Positions 1 to 12,843 of a DNA stretch of 64,000 nt are shown here, piece by piece. Position 1 is the stretch's first letter. Every line of letters starts with the position of its first letter. The stretch covers positions 30,504,001 through 30,568,000 of the forward strand of contig OX597838.1 in the NCBI GenBank assembly GCA_951406725.2, written 5' to 3'. Source of the DNA: Octopus vulgaris. Taxonomy: Eukaryota. A program made the translations under genes and the position numbers. Under the pieces are notes generated by a model, which saw nothing but the letters and a program-made list of their open reading frames with translations, ran no database searches and was not told where the DNA came from.

Positions 1-391
1 GATGATGATGATGATGATGATAATGATGGTCATCATGATGATAATGTTGATGATGATGATGCCTATGCTGACGATGATGATGATGATGTCTATGCTGACT
101 ATGATGATGATGATGATGATGATGATGATAATGATGGTCATCATGATGATAATGTTGATGATGATGATGATGATGATGCCTATGCTGACGATGATGATGA
201 TGATGATGTCTATGCTGACTATGATGATGATGATAATGATGGTCATCATGATGATAATGTTGATGATGATGATGATGATGCCTATGCTGACGATGATGAT
301 GATGATGTCTATGCTGACTATGATGATGATGATGATGATAATGATGATGCCTATGCTGACTATGATGATGCTGACTATGATGATGATGATG
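1..391. repeat. (GAT)n microsatellite with ~105-117 bp higher-order unit
   Basis: Interruptions ggtcatcatgatgataatgtt / gcctatgctgac / gtctatgctgact recur three times in the same order. Confidence 0.9.
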
Positions 392-480
392 TACACACAT
401 GGATGCAACAGGTTTCAGCACACTTTCCTTCTACCAAATTCCATTCGTAATCCTGAGTTTACAGTAACAGACACTTGTCC

Positions 481-660
481 GGTGTGGCTGTGTGGCAACA
501 AGCTTGCTCCCCAGCCACGTGGCTCTGGGTTCAGTCCCACTGCATGGTACTTTGGCCAACTGTCGTCTACTAAAGCCTCGGGCCAACCAAAGCTTTGTGA
601 GTGGATTTGGTAGAGGGAAACTGAAAGAAGCCTGTCGTATATATATATATATATATAGAT

Positions 661-691
<31 letters not shown>

Positions 692-880
692 AATTCATGT
701 CTGTGTGTCTGTGTGTCTGTGTTTGTCCCCCCCACCATCGCTTGACAACCGATGTTGGTGTGTTTACATCCCCGAAACTTAGCGGTTTAGCAAAAGAGAC
801 TGATAGAATAAGTACTAGCCTAGAGTTGATTAGTTTGACTAAAGTTGGTGCTCCAGCATGGCTACAGTCAAATGACAAAC
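481..880 (+). mobile_element. SINE family A (tRNA-like head, internal microsatellite), degenerate
   Basis: tggctgtgtgg A-box-like and gggttcagtccc B-box-like motifs; ggaaactgaaagaagcc; (TA)(CA) tract; tail gctccagcatggc..cagtcaaatgac. Confidence 0.85.
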
Positions 881-923
881 AAACAAAATATGTGTGTGTG
901 CATGTGTGTGTATGTATAAATAT

Positions 924-1075
924 GGGCTTCTTTCAGTTTCCACCTACCAAATCCACTCACAAGGCTTTGGTTTGCTCAAGGCTATAGCAGAAGACACTTG
1001 CCCAAGGTGCCACGCAGTAGGACTGAACCTGGAACCACGTGGTTGGGAAGCAAGCTTCTTACCACACAGCCATAA
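924..1075 (-). mobile_element. SINE family A 5' half, inverted relative to 481-880
   Basis: Reverse complement of the family A head. Confidence 0.85.
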
Positions 1076-1280
1076 TCCTCATCTCTGCTGATGTGATGAT
1101 GTGGTGTTTTTGGTATGTAGTGTGTGTGTGTGTGTGTAATTAGTTGAATGTTGTCATTTAAGGGTGTGTCACTAATTAACCAATCATTAATTTGTCTCTC
1201 CCACCTGCTTTCTCTAGCCTCCCCCCCCACCATCACTACCTTCACAATTTCATTTCTCTCTAATTATCTCCTGTACCAGC

Positions 1281-1314
<34 letters not shown>

Positions 1315-1945
1315 TTCCCTCTCTTTCTTTCTCTTTCTCTCTCTTTCTCTCTCTCTTTCTTTCTCTCTCTCTCCCCAGTGTCTCTACCTCTGATCTGACT
1401 CTCCCTTTGCATTTAACCTTTCACAATCCAACCTCTTTCTCATCCTCTCTCTCTATCTCTCTCTCAAACACACACACACACACACACACACACATCAAAT
1501 ACACAGTTGCCTCTTTTCATTCTCATTGTCTTTCTCTCCCTCCTTCTTTCTCTCCTTCCTTCTCTTACATTACAAACCATCATAGCTATGACTACAATAA
1601 GCCTATTGTCCTATCAAACCACCACCACCACCACCACCACCATTACCACAACAACAATGGAACCAGAATGAAAGTCTGAGATTTAGGTGACATGCCTCCT
1701 CCACTCCCCATCCATCTTTTACATTCACACTTTCACCAAGCCAACCAGACAAATCTCTATGTAGTCACTTAGTCTGCTAGAAATAGTAGCCAAATTTCCC
1801 TAACAACTCATTAGATACACACAACATTCGCATACACACACACAGCCGTTCAAGAATTTGGACCTGGAGATCTCCAATTCCAGCGACTTCGAGGGCCTCC
1901 TCCCAGTGGTGTCGGGCGTCAACAAAGAGCCCTAAATTTGAAATC

Positions 1946-2367
1946 ATTATTATTATTATTATTATCATTATTATCATTATTATTATTATTATTGAGTGAG
2001 AGAGCAATGCAGGCAATCAAAGTGACACTGGTGTAAAATATACGAAGCCCAATATACCCATCATGACTACCCGTCTGATAAGGGTACACCAGGCACATGC
2101 ATCACAACCATATGTGTGCGACATGGTAATCTCATGCAGGTGCGGCCCAGTTAGAATTTTCTTCTGGTCGAGTAACCCATCCCGCTCAAAAGGTCCCTGA
2201 ATAAGGGTTGTTTACGGATGTTGAACGAAACACCCATGTTTCCAGAGGTGAATTATTCAAATCCCAAAGAATCCCTCTCAACACATGGCTATGATGCTCC
2301 CCCACTACTTCTGCTCATGATCAGAGATGCACATATCATCAGCCAGTAAGGGACTTGCTCAACTGGA
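1946..2367 (-). mobile_element. Probable retroposed repeat ending in (AAT)n, family unassigned
   Basis: Complex ~375 bp block bounded by (ATT)n tracts; only one copy in the window. Confidence 0.35.
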
Positions 2368-2389
2368 TTATTATTATTATTATTATATT

Positions 2390-2596
2390 TAGGGCAGCAT
2401 CATTAGCACGGAGCAAAACACAGCATTTTGTCTGTCTGTATGTTTTGAACTCAAATTCTGCCAGGGTTGACTTTGCCTTTCATCATTTCAGGGTCGATAA
2501 ATTAAGTAAGTACCAGTCAAACACTGAGGTCAATGCAATCAACTAGTCCCCTCCTGCAAAAGTTCAGGCCTTGTCCTTATAGTAGAAAGGATTATT
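2390..2596 (+). mobile_element. SINE family B, short form, degenerate
   Basis: gttgactttgcctttcatc...gggtcgataaattaag core; ggccttgt..agtagaaaggattatt tail. Confidence 0.8.
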
Positions 2597-2975
2597 ACCT
2601 TGCGCACATAAGTGAAAGCAGGGTACTCTAATCACTCATCTTTGTCTATGTGTTTGCAAAATTACTGGAAAATGGCTGAATGGATTTTCATCAAATTTGG
2701 CAGAAAAACTCATTGGGTGAGTTGCTAGAAATGATGAACGTTTGGTTTGCTTATCTTCAAAAAATAGATCGATAGCAACATTTTTCTTTAATGGCAAAAT
2801 ATGTAACTAATTCAATAAAATATATATATGTATATATATGTAATTAAGATTCAGTTGTATTAGGTACTTAAATTGAGGCACCTCGTTAGGTCAATCTAAT
2901 TTGCATACCCAAACGCTATCAGGTGAATATCAAACTCTGTGCAGAAGTGTTTGCACTTGATATTCTTGCAGTGTA
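2593..2975 (+). mobile_element. Possible Helentron/HINE-like non-autonomous element
   Basis: Starts tattacct; aaaatggctgaatggattttcatcaaatttggca resembles motifs common in such elements (from memory, not searched). Confidence 0.35.
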
Positions 2976-3116
2976 TGTAGATAACACGTCTCCAACTTAG
3001 TGAAGAGATCTGCTCTTGGTTATTCAGACATGTCCCCTAATATAAAAATACAAAAATATTTTTTTTGATAAAATTTCCAAAGTGCAGATTCCAGGGGAGG
3101 TGAATAAAATATCAAT

Positions 3117-3412
3117 GAGTAACGAAGATGTACAGGTGTCAATTCATTGCGGTTGTTTCAAGCGACTCCTTTGATTGGTTAAGGAAAACATTACATCGTT
3201 GCAAAGAAGCCGTATTCGCCAGGTGACAGCATAGACTTCAAACACAAAGGACAAGGCAACTGCTTTAAGATATTCCTATCACCAACGGAGCTCAAAGATT
3301 TACTTTGATTCCACTGCTATATCTTTGGTAGAATGATGTAATGTTTTCATTAATCAATTAAAGGAGTGACTTGAAACAGCCGTAGTGAATTAACACCTCA
3401 TCTTTGTTACTC
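3117..3412. repeat. Fold-back inverted repeat (~85 bp arms) carrying a hammerhead 3' half
   Basis: 3117-3204 is an imperfect reverse complement of 3331-3412; GAAAC-AGCC-GTA at 3373-3384. Confidence 0.75.
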
Positions 3413-3477
3413 CCCTCTCTCTCTCTCTCTCAGAGAGGGACAAGCACCTACACACAGATATACACACATGGCAGTAG

Positions 3478-3620
3478 GTTCTGCCTACCAAATTCAATCA
3501 CAAAGCTCTGGTCGGCCCGGGGCTATAGCAGAAGACACTTGCCCAAAGTGACATGTGGTGGGACTGAACCTGAAACCATGTAGCTAGGAAGCAAGCTCCC
3601 TAACCACACAGCCTTGCCCG
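3478..3620 (-). mobile_element. SINE family A 5' half
   Basis: Matches the family A head. Confidence 0.8.
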
Positions 3621-3624
3621 TATT

Positions 3625-3692
<68 letters not shown>

Positions 3693-3741
3693 ACAAACTT
3701 ACTTAGAAATGGATGCGTGCGTTCCGTCATATAATAACAAA

Positions 3742-3929
3742 TTAATAAATAAAACATATGCATATATACATACATATATGTACAGACCTACATCTACATG
3801 TATATATACATGCATATATGGGTACAGGACACAAAAAAACGTCGAACACAATGAGAAACGAAAAACCTAAACACAAAACCAAGGGAATGGACATTGTTCT
3901 TAAACAACGAAAAAATAGAGTACAGGACA
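3742..3929. repeat. Dispersed repeat, second copy at ~52632-52790
   Basis: Shared taataaataaaa..cctacatctacatgtatatatacatgcatata..gtacaggacac..gagaaacgaaaa. Confidence 0.75.
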
Positions 3930-4002
3930 TATATATATATATATATATATATACATACACACATGCATATATATGTAACTGTTTTCTGATTAACATAACA
4001 CA

Positions 4003-4116
4003 TTCCTGATGATTTGGGTAAACGTAGTTTTTGAATCTAATTCAAATTTATTATATATCATAATAATGCAATTATACATTTGCTGGTGTTTATCTTCACG
4101 AAACAGCTGTTGAGCA
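4003..4116 (+). ncRNA. Degenerate type I hammerhead-like motif with long stem II
   Basis: CTGATGA 4006-4012; gggtaaac/gtttatct pairing; GAAAC-AGCT-GTT 4100-4111; weak stem I. Confidence 0.5.
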
Positions 4117-4368
4117 CAAAGTATGAACTATGTCAAATTTATGCTATTCTTATAAATACTTATTTATATAGGGTTTCATCATATGCCTACCTATATACCC
4201 ACACATATATGCACAAAATTACCTAAATCTGCATTTCTGGGACTGGTTTTTACCCTTTAAATACTAACTCCAGCTTTTACATACTTTTTAATGCTTTTTT
4301 TTTTGTCATCGGTGATCTTTACCATATATATAAATGCTTTCCCAAATAAAATTTCACTGTATTTTTGA

Positions 4369-4449
4369 AGCTCTGATGAAGCTATAAGGCAATACACAAG
4401 CACCTAGCTATGAGCACATGGTGTCTTAAAGCAGAAACAACTGTAGGCT
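4369..4449 (+). ncRNA. Type I hammerhead-like motif
   Basis: Stem I agct/ggct; CTGATGA 4373-4379; stem II gctataaggca/tgtcttaaagc (10 of 11 paired); GAAAC-AACT-GTA 4434-4445. Confidence 0.65.
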
Positions 4450-4756
4450 AATGGAGTTCCTTACATAATTTCTTGTTCTTCTGTTAGTAACTTACATTCT
4501 TATCATCTTCTGTACATAATTAATGCTTTTTTTCTGAAGCATATGTATATAGTGTTCTAACACCATATTTATTAGTATCACTATACCGAAACAAAATAAA
4601 AACTGTTTTACATCAAACTGAAGGATTACTCAATACAGCTGGTAGAGTACATAAATTTATTATTCTTTAACAGTTTTGACAGTGACTTCAAAGTCTTCAA
4701 AGTCGTTGGATTGTCAATACTATTCTTGTTAAGAAATTATATACATATATATATTC

Positions 4757-5048
4757 TTTTACTTGTTTCTGTCATTTGACTACGGCCATGCTGGAGCACC
4801 ACCCTGAAGGATTTTAGTCAAACAAATCGACCCCAGAACTTACTTTTTTAAAAGCCTCGAACATACTCTATCTGTCTCTTTTGATGAACTGCTTGTTTCA
4901 GTTTCCGTCTACCAAATCCACTCACAAGGCTTTGGTCGGCCCGAGGTTGTAATAGAAGACATATGCCCAAGGTGCTACGCAGTAGGACTGAACCTGGAAC
5001 CATGTGGGTGGAAAGCAAGCTTCTTACCACACAACCACGCTTGTGCCT
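4757..5048 (-). mobile_element. SINE family A, internally deleted
   Basis: Tail and head present, central microsatellite region missing. Confidence 0.85.
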
Positions 5049-5319
5049 ACACACACACACACACACACACATATATATGTATATTAAATGGATCTTAGAA
5101 TTTCTGATCAAGAGGTTGAAGAAGCTTGTATATGGTTGAGTACCCCACAGACTTGTGTGTCTTTAATATCATTCTCAGGTGAAATGTGTGAGACAGTGAG
5201 ACGAAGTTGGACATTAGAATTAAACGACATAATGCAGGCTTCCATACAGTTTCCTACAGCAAATCCTATCATGAAAGCTACCCCAAGATTAACAACTTCA
5301 TCACATCAATAGACCTTCT

Positions 5320-6395
5320 AAGTGTTCGGTTGACCTGCTAAAAACAGTAGCCAAGTCTCTCCCCACCAAATTATACGCTACCTACTATATTGGGTCACAA
5401 CTTGAAAGAAGGACACCATTAGATAATGTAATCCAGGTGCACTGTGCCTCGAAAAAAAAAAGACAGGATGGTCATAACAGGAGGGCTTTTTTTTTTATCA
5501 GAAGTGTGCTTAATCAGAGCCCAACAACAACCAGCATTGTGTATCTTGGACTACGTTACTTAGTATAGCATCCCTAGAAGATGGATAGGGAATTATCTGA
5601 GGGGTTCTAGCTGTTATTTCAAGCTGATCAAGCAATTATATAGAGGCTCCGACTGCCTTCTGCTGTTGTTGTCGTAGCTGTTATTTTTAGCCCCAGGTCA
5701 GCCAGCAAGACTTCGCGTACACAGGCGTTTCATCGGTGACCATCCCATCCCATCCGATCTTTTATTCAAACTTAATACATCTACATATATATATTACCCC
5801 GCCGCCCATTTTTTTAATGACGGACGGTAAAAGGGGGTTTTCGCCGATGGAGATTTGACTGCTCTTTCTAGCGGTGAGTGAGTGGCTAGCAACAGCAACA
5901 ATAGTCCCTCTCTATTACAGGACCATCCGACCGACCAGACGGTTATTCGTCCCTCCTCCCTCCACCACCAAACGGAAACCACACGTACCTACACACATAT
6001 ACATACATACATACATACAAACACACACATACACCACGTAACGTGTATGGACATGCTATGAAAAGAGAGGAGGGGGAAAGGAGCAGTGGTAGGAGGAAGG
6101 ACAAGTATTTATAATATCAACACTCCTCACCCACCCTACCCTACCCCAAACACCCCCTGTGAGAGAACCTCTACGTCGTGTCGAGGGACTCGCTAGAAAT
6201 AGCAGTCCAACCTCCCTCAAAACCACACATACACAACTGTCTTGAATGAAGGCAGGTACATTAGGTACGTAATGTAGGTACGTGGTTCTTAGAGACCCCG
6301 GGGGGAAAAAGCTGTTATCCTCCCATGCTGGAATAGTTTTGATCATAGCTAAACTGCAGGCTCCTACATAGCTTTTTTGGCCAGCTAAAAACAAC
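5320..6395. mobile_element. Cluster of old, degenerate interspersed repeat fragments (family D), both orientations
   Basis: Recurrent ctagaaatagcagccaaatct-like and gacctggggctaaa..aacaacaa-like motifs, also seen near 1775, 9200-9490, 33050 and 45990-46190. Confidence 0.6.
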
Positions 6396-6682
6396 AGTCG
6401 CTTTTAAGACTGGCATATTACACAGGATGCGACCTTGGATTCACTGGACATAGAAGACAGGCTGGTCGTTGCCAAGATGTCTCTGATTACACGATGACAC
6501 ATGTCTCTCTCTCTCTTGATATATATATATATATGTATATGTCTCTCTCTCTCTTTATATATATATATATATATATTATAAAATGAGATAGGGGTTGAAA
6601 ATTCAACCCACCATGGGATAATATATATTCAATATACTGCTAGATAGGTACCCAACAAGACTAATACATAGATAATTTTGTA

Positions 6683-6731
<49 letters not shown>

Positions 6732-7306
6732 TCTATATATGCATAAATATATGGGTATATGTATGTATGTTCTGAGTTCAAATCCTACCGGTCACCTGAA
6801 TATTTCCTTCAAGGATTCGATAATAAAAAAAAGTACCACCAGTCAAGCACGAAGGTTCAATTCCTATGGCTTAATTAATCACATTGTATAGTTCTCCGAG
6901 GGTTCCACAAATCTAGAGGAGGATTCCACCACTAACCTAGTATCTTTTAACAACTACGGTAGCATATGTAGAAGAAATTCCAGACCCCCCGCCCGGGGAC
7001 CGATTAATATTGGTAAAACGACCGTAATCCTTTCGTACATGGCATCTCTGATGAAGAAGATGCAAATGGAATTAGATTAGAACAAGAACACGTTTTTTGA
7101 CAACTCGCTGTAATAATGTCTGCCATATAAACCAGAGAGACCAGGGAAGATCTGTCTGCTCGAAATATCAGTCGATTCCCCCTCAAATAACATACATATG
7201 TTAAATAAGAGATATATGGTTGCGTAATGCAGCCAAAGATTATGTAATATTTACAAAAACACAAACACATACACACACACACACGTCACAGTACACCCAC
7301 ACAGTT

Positions 7307-7343
<37 letters not shown>

Positions 7344-7389
7344 GTATGTAAATGAGCATATATATATATATATATATATGTATATGAGC

Positions 7390-7443
<54 letters not shown>

Positions 7444-7445
7444 TA

Positions 7446-7483
<38 letters not shown>

Positions 7484-8000
7484 GCACATATATAGTTGCG
7501 CATAAACACGTATGTTTGTGTAAAGATGTGATGGTTATGGTTGGAGCGCTTTTGAACAGAGCTGACCTTGGGTCAAACAACGCCGCACACACATGCAATT
7601 ACACACTATTCCTATAGAGAAGCTTGGTCATTCACACTTTAGTGAAAATAGCACCAGATACACACACACACACACTCTCTCTCTCTCTCTCTCTCTCTCT
7701 TTCACACACATACAGACAGACACACACACTCTTCCTTTCTTTCTCTCTCTCTTTCACACACATACACACACTCTTCCTTTCTTTCTTTCTCTCTCTCTTT
7801 CACACACACACACACACACGCCAGAGACACACACACAGTCATATAGACGTGTGTGTGTGTGTAAGGCGACACGTTCATCCGCGCGCGTACACACGCATAC
7901 ACATACCAGGAGACTGAGGAGGAGAGGTTCATCACATAGACACACACACACACACATGTATGAGTGATACGTAACATGACATAGTTACGCACACACACAC

Positions 8001-8123
8001 CTATCTATCTGCCTATCTATCTATCCGTCTATCTCTCTATCCATCTATCTATCCGTCTATCTATCTATCTGTCTGTCTATCCGTCTATCTATCCGTCTGT
8101 CTATCTATCTATCTATCCGTCTG

Positions 8124-8158
<35 letters not shown>

Positions 8159-8325
8159 CTCTATCCATCTATCTATCTGTCTATCTATCTCTCTATCCAT
8201 CTATCTATCCGTCTGTCTATCTATCTATCTATCTATCTATCTATCATCTATCTATCTATCGTCTATCTATCTCTCTATCCATCTATCTATCTGTCTATCT
8301 ATCTATCTATCTATCTAACTATCTC
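8001..8325. repeat. (TCTA)n/(TCTG)n tetranucleotide array
   Basis: Direct inspection. Confidence 0.95.
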
Positions 8326-9554
8326 TCTCTGTGTCTATATGTCTATCTGTCTGTCTGTTTGTCTGTCTGTAAGTATTATGTATGTATGTGTGCGTGACGC
8401 ATTCAAACATGAATATATATATATATAAAGCACACACACATATATATATGTATGTATATATATCGCAGTCATAAACGTTAATATAACATATATATGCACA
8501 CATGTATCTATAAACATAACAGAATACACACACACAGATACAAACACCATACATAGACACGCACGCATACACACACACACACACACACACACCTTATTAC
8601 ACGCATATAGAAATATTATACACACACACACACGCACACCATATTACACACACGCATACACAAATACCATATTACACACATACACACACACACACATACA
8701 CACATCCGTGAAGGCGACATGCAAAGTGAGAGTCAGTATTTTCAAACCTCAGATCTATAAAGGGTAATGACCTCAACAGGGGTAGGGGTAGCAGTAGTGA
8801 CAACTGAGGTGGTGGCAGTAGTCGTAGTAGTGGCAGTCATGGCAGTGGTGGCAGTCATAGTAGTAATGGTAGTCGTGGTAGCAGTCGTAGTAGCAGTGGT
8901 GGCAGTCGTAGTAGCAGTGGTGGCAGTCGTGGTAGCAGTGGCGGTGGTGGTGGTGGCAGTAGTAGTAAACAGTGGTGGTGGTAGTCGTAGTAGCAATGGT
9001 AACCACACTTGTGGTGGTGGTTGCGGTGGTAATAGTAATACGGGATTGTCCTGAGCTTGCATATATCTAATATATAATCAAAAGCGTTCTAACCGTGGCC
9101 ACCTCTGTTTTCCCCCTCACCAGACATACTTTCTTTAAAGCTAAATTTATCTATTTATTTGTTTATTTGATGCTTCAGACGACAAGATGTGATCTGAGGA
9201 AAGTTTAACTGCTGTTTCTAGCAGGCCACATAGGCTGGTTCCGTTATTGCGTATGGATTGTAAATGGTGGACGTGGATGTGATGCAGGTGTAGACGAGAT
9301 GGTAGTTTGATGAAGTTGCTGTTGTCGTTGTTGTTTTAGGCCCCAGATTAGCGACGCCGTTCCAGACGTGACCAACCCACCTATATATTTCATCATCATC
9401 GTCATGGCTACGAATACAATTATTTCAAGGCAGCTCGCTGCGATTCCAGGGAAGTTTGGCTGCTATTTCTAACAGGCAGGTTCGGCGACCACGTAAAACA
9501 GGAATGAAGGGAGGGGGGAGCATTTTAGTTTTCGCTTTCTTTTGCCTTGGTTGA

Positions 9555-9870
9555 AGAGAGAGTGAGAGAGAGGAAGTGAGAGAGGTGAGAGAGTAAGAGA
9601 CAGAGAGAGAGAAAGTGAGAGAGGTGAGAGAGTAAGAGACAGAGAGAGAGAAAGTGAGAGAGTAAGAGACAGAGAGAGAGAAAGTGAGAGAGTAAGAGAC
9701 AGAGAGAGAGAACGTGAGAGAGGTGAGAGAGTAAGAGACAGAGAGAGAGAAAGTGAGAGAGGTGAGAAAGTAAGAGACAGAGAGAGAAAGTGAGAGAGAG
9801 GTGAGAGAGTAAGAGACAGAGAGAGAGAAAGTGAGAGAGGTGAGAGAGTAAGAGACAGAGAAAGAGAGAG
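9555..9870. repeat. GA-rich minisatellite, unit ~30-38 bp
   Basis: aagtgagagaggtgagagagtaagagacagagagaga repeated about 9 times. Confidence 0.9.
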
Positions 9871-10385
9871 ATGGATGTCTGGCAGTATGTGTGAATAAAT
9901 GATAGGATGTGTATGCGTGTGGTACAATCAGTGTGTGTGTTGTGTGTGCGCTGTGCTATGTGAGGTGTGCGCGCGCGCTGTCTGTTGAGCAGGATTTTTC
10001 GGTGGATTTCGGTGAAAAAAATCTGGGTTTCCGCGAAAAAAAAAATAAAATAAAACCGGGTAGATTTTTTTTTCTGTTTCCTTCAAGTTTTTTTTGTTTT
10101 TTTTTCCGCAAAAATATTCCTATATTTCTTTCATTCAGTGATGCTAACAACTCTAAATAAATTCTTTTCATCCAAAAAATTTCAACGTATTTTATAGTTG
10201 ATTATTTTTTTTATTTTAAATATTTGCCATCCCCCACCCCCACCCGAGACTGCAAGAGAGACAGCTACTCCAAAACTCGCTCAAAATTTACTTCATAAAA
10301 CAAAATCTTTTATTTTGAAAACAAATTACTTTACGCATTTTTTTTTAACGAGAATCAATTCTCTTCCTAAAACAATTTCCACTTC

Positions 10386-10800
10386 GGATCTTTTCGGTTT
10401 GACCGGCAGTTTTTTCTAGCGGTGTCATATGAAATTGTTACCCATAATTATGACCCTAGTATCGATCTATTGCATTTCAATCTGGGTTAGGGTTACGGGT
10501 GGGGGGAAGGGTTTGTTTTTTTTCTTCAGAATTGTAAATAAACCCAATCTGTTTCTTAAACGAGGGACATATTCTCATACGGCACAGAATGTTATTCACC
10601 TCAATAGACGTCATTGATTGGTTGAAATTGCAGAAATTGAAGAGAAAAAACAACAAATATCTTACAAACTATAGAATTTTCTGAATAAAGCCAAGAGAAA
10701 AAGATGTTTTATAAACACGTTCTACCAGTATACGAAGTTTAAAAGTGCTTAGTTACCTAGAAATTATGTTAAAAAACTGCCGGTCAAACCGAAAAGATCC
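10386..10800. mobile_element. MITE with 30-bp perfect TIRs and 8-bp TSD, Merlin-like
   Basis: TIR ggatcttttcggtttgaccggcagtttttt at 10386-10415 and 10771-10800; TSD tccacttc at 10378-10385 and 10801-10808; GG..CC termini. Confidence 0.9.
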
Positions 10801-10949
10801 TCCACTTCATCTAATGGTAGTTATTTAGTTTAATTTAATTAGGGCAACAGTTGTTCGTAAACTATAAGTATGGGGTTCCATGTTATTAGGGAAATTTCAT
10901 GAAGGGTTCCACGCTGAAATAATTCAGAGCATGTTTGATAGGGCCAGAG

Positions 10950-11144
10950 CAGTGGTTTCCAACCTTTTCACAGTGGTCCACGACCCGTTTCTTTAAATGA
11001 GTTGCCCCACAGACACCCTTTAATATGCTTATCCTTATGTATAATATATGTATATATACGAAATTTTGAATTTAGTTCACGGACCACCAGTACTACCTTT
11101 TGCGGACCACCAGGGATCCGTGGAGCCCAAGTTGAGAACCCCCG
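10950..11144. mobile_element. hAT (Charlie-type) MITE, degenerate
   Basis: cagtggtttccaac ... gttgagaacccccg termini. Confidence 0.65.
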
Positions 11145-11170
11145 AGCTACAGTGATAATGTCGGTGTCAA

Positions 11171-11752
11171 CTTTTGGCACAAGGCCAGTCATTTCGGGAT
11201 AGTGGATAAAGTCGTTTACATGGATTCTGCTGCTCAGTTGGTACTTGTTTTATCGACCCCGAAAGGACGGAAGGTAAAATTGAACTCAGAACGTAAAGAC
11301 GGACGATATACCGCAAGGCATTTTGTCTGGCATGCTTAACGATTCTTATTTCTTTATTGCCCACCAGGGGCTAAGCATAGAGGGGACAAACAAGGGGATA
11401 AAGTCGATTACATCGACCCCAGTGCGTAACTGGTTCTTAATTTATCGACCCCGAAAGGATGAAAGGCAAAGTCGACCTCGGCGGAATTTGAACTCAGAAC
11501 ATAAAAACAGACGGTATACCTATTTCTATTTCTTTACTACCCACAAGGGGCTAAACGCAGAGGGGACAAACAAGGACAGACAAACGGATTAAGTCGATTA
11601 CATCGACCCCAGTGCGTAACTGGTACTTAATTTATCGACCCCGAAAGGATGAAAGGCAAAGTCGACCTCGGCGGAATTTGAACTCAGAACGTAACGGCAG
11701 ACGAAATACGGCTACGCATTTCGCCCGGCGTGCTAACATTTCTGCCAGCTCG
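11171..11752 (-). mobile_element. SINE family B array (3 cores)
   Basis: Repeated tttatcgaccccgaaagga core; head ctgccagctcg at right, tail ggcacaaggcc at left. Confidence 0.85.
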
Positions 11753-12277
11753 TTGTTTCACAGATTGATAATATTCGTATGACAACAGTGTATTATTAAA
11801 CCGGCGTCTCATCTCACTTTCCACGGGGGTCCCACGATGGGGCAAAGATTTGGAAGTTGGACACAGACTGGACAGCCATTTAAATAAAATAAACACTAAA
11901 TAAAATAAACATAACTGGTATGATATTTCATCATTTTCTAGAATGGTGAAACGCAGAGTTGACCTTGGTGGCATTGAAGCTCAGAAGAGAAAAACAGCTG
12001 GATCAAATAACACAAGACGTTTATATTTTGTCAAAAGCTCTGACAATTCTTCTAATTTATCAGCGATGGGTGAAGCCTTTTAGAGTATCTTTCATCGTTT
12101 ATTTGTTTCCGTCATTCGACTGCGGCCATGCTGGGGCACCGTCTTGAAGAATTCTTTTTTAGTCGAACCAATTGGTTCCAGTCCCAATTTTTTTTCAAGT
12201 CCGTTTGATCATGTTGTTCAATTTTTCGAGTTGGATCCTGTGTATCGGGTTCTTTTCTCTGAGGATTCGGCTAGAGC

Positions 12278-12430
12278 AGTGGTCACCAACCTGTGGTCTG
12301 CAAAGATATTTCTAGAGGGGCCCGTGAACATATTAAGCTGCCAGACCTTTCAATCTCCTAAGGTCCGTGAGAAAGCTCGTTTAAATAAAAGGGGGTCCTT
12401 GGTAGGTAGTGAAACGGTTGGGAAACACTG
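12278..12430. mobile_element. hAT-type MITE
   Basis: cagtggtcaccaac / gttgggaaacactg termini; flanks ggctagag and gactagaa. Confidence 0.7.
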
Positions 12431-12843
12431 GACTAGAATGACGGATGGCAGGGGTCCGTGAACATATTAAGCTGACAGACCTTTCAATATCCTAAGGTCC
12501 GCGAGAAAGCTCATTTAAATAAAAGGGGGTCCTTGGTAGTGAAACGGTTGGGAAACACTGGACTAGAATGACGGATGGCAGGGGTCCGTGAATATATTAA
12601 GCTGACAGACCTTTCGATATCCTAAGGTCCGCGAGAAAGCTCATTTAAATAAAAGGGGGTCCTTGGTAGTGAAACGGTTGGGAAACACTGGACTAGAATG
12701 ACGGATGGCAGGGGTCCGTGAATATATTAAGCTGACAGACCTTTCGATATCCTAAGGTCCGTGAGAAAGCTCATTTAAATAAAAGGGGGTCCTTGGTAGG
12801 TAGTGAAACGGTTGGGAAACATTGGACTAGAATGACGGATGGC
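12317..12843. repeat. Tandem repeat, 4 x 130-134 bp
   Basis: gggg(t/c)ccgtgaa starts at 12317, 12451, 12581, 12711. Confidence 0.95.

Noticed and set aside
7042-7180. CTGATGA at 7048 with a distant CGAAA near 7161
   Set aside because: Could not build stems I and III; gcatct/agatgc forms a competing hairpin
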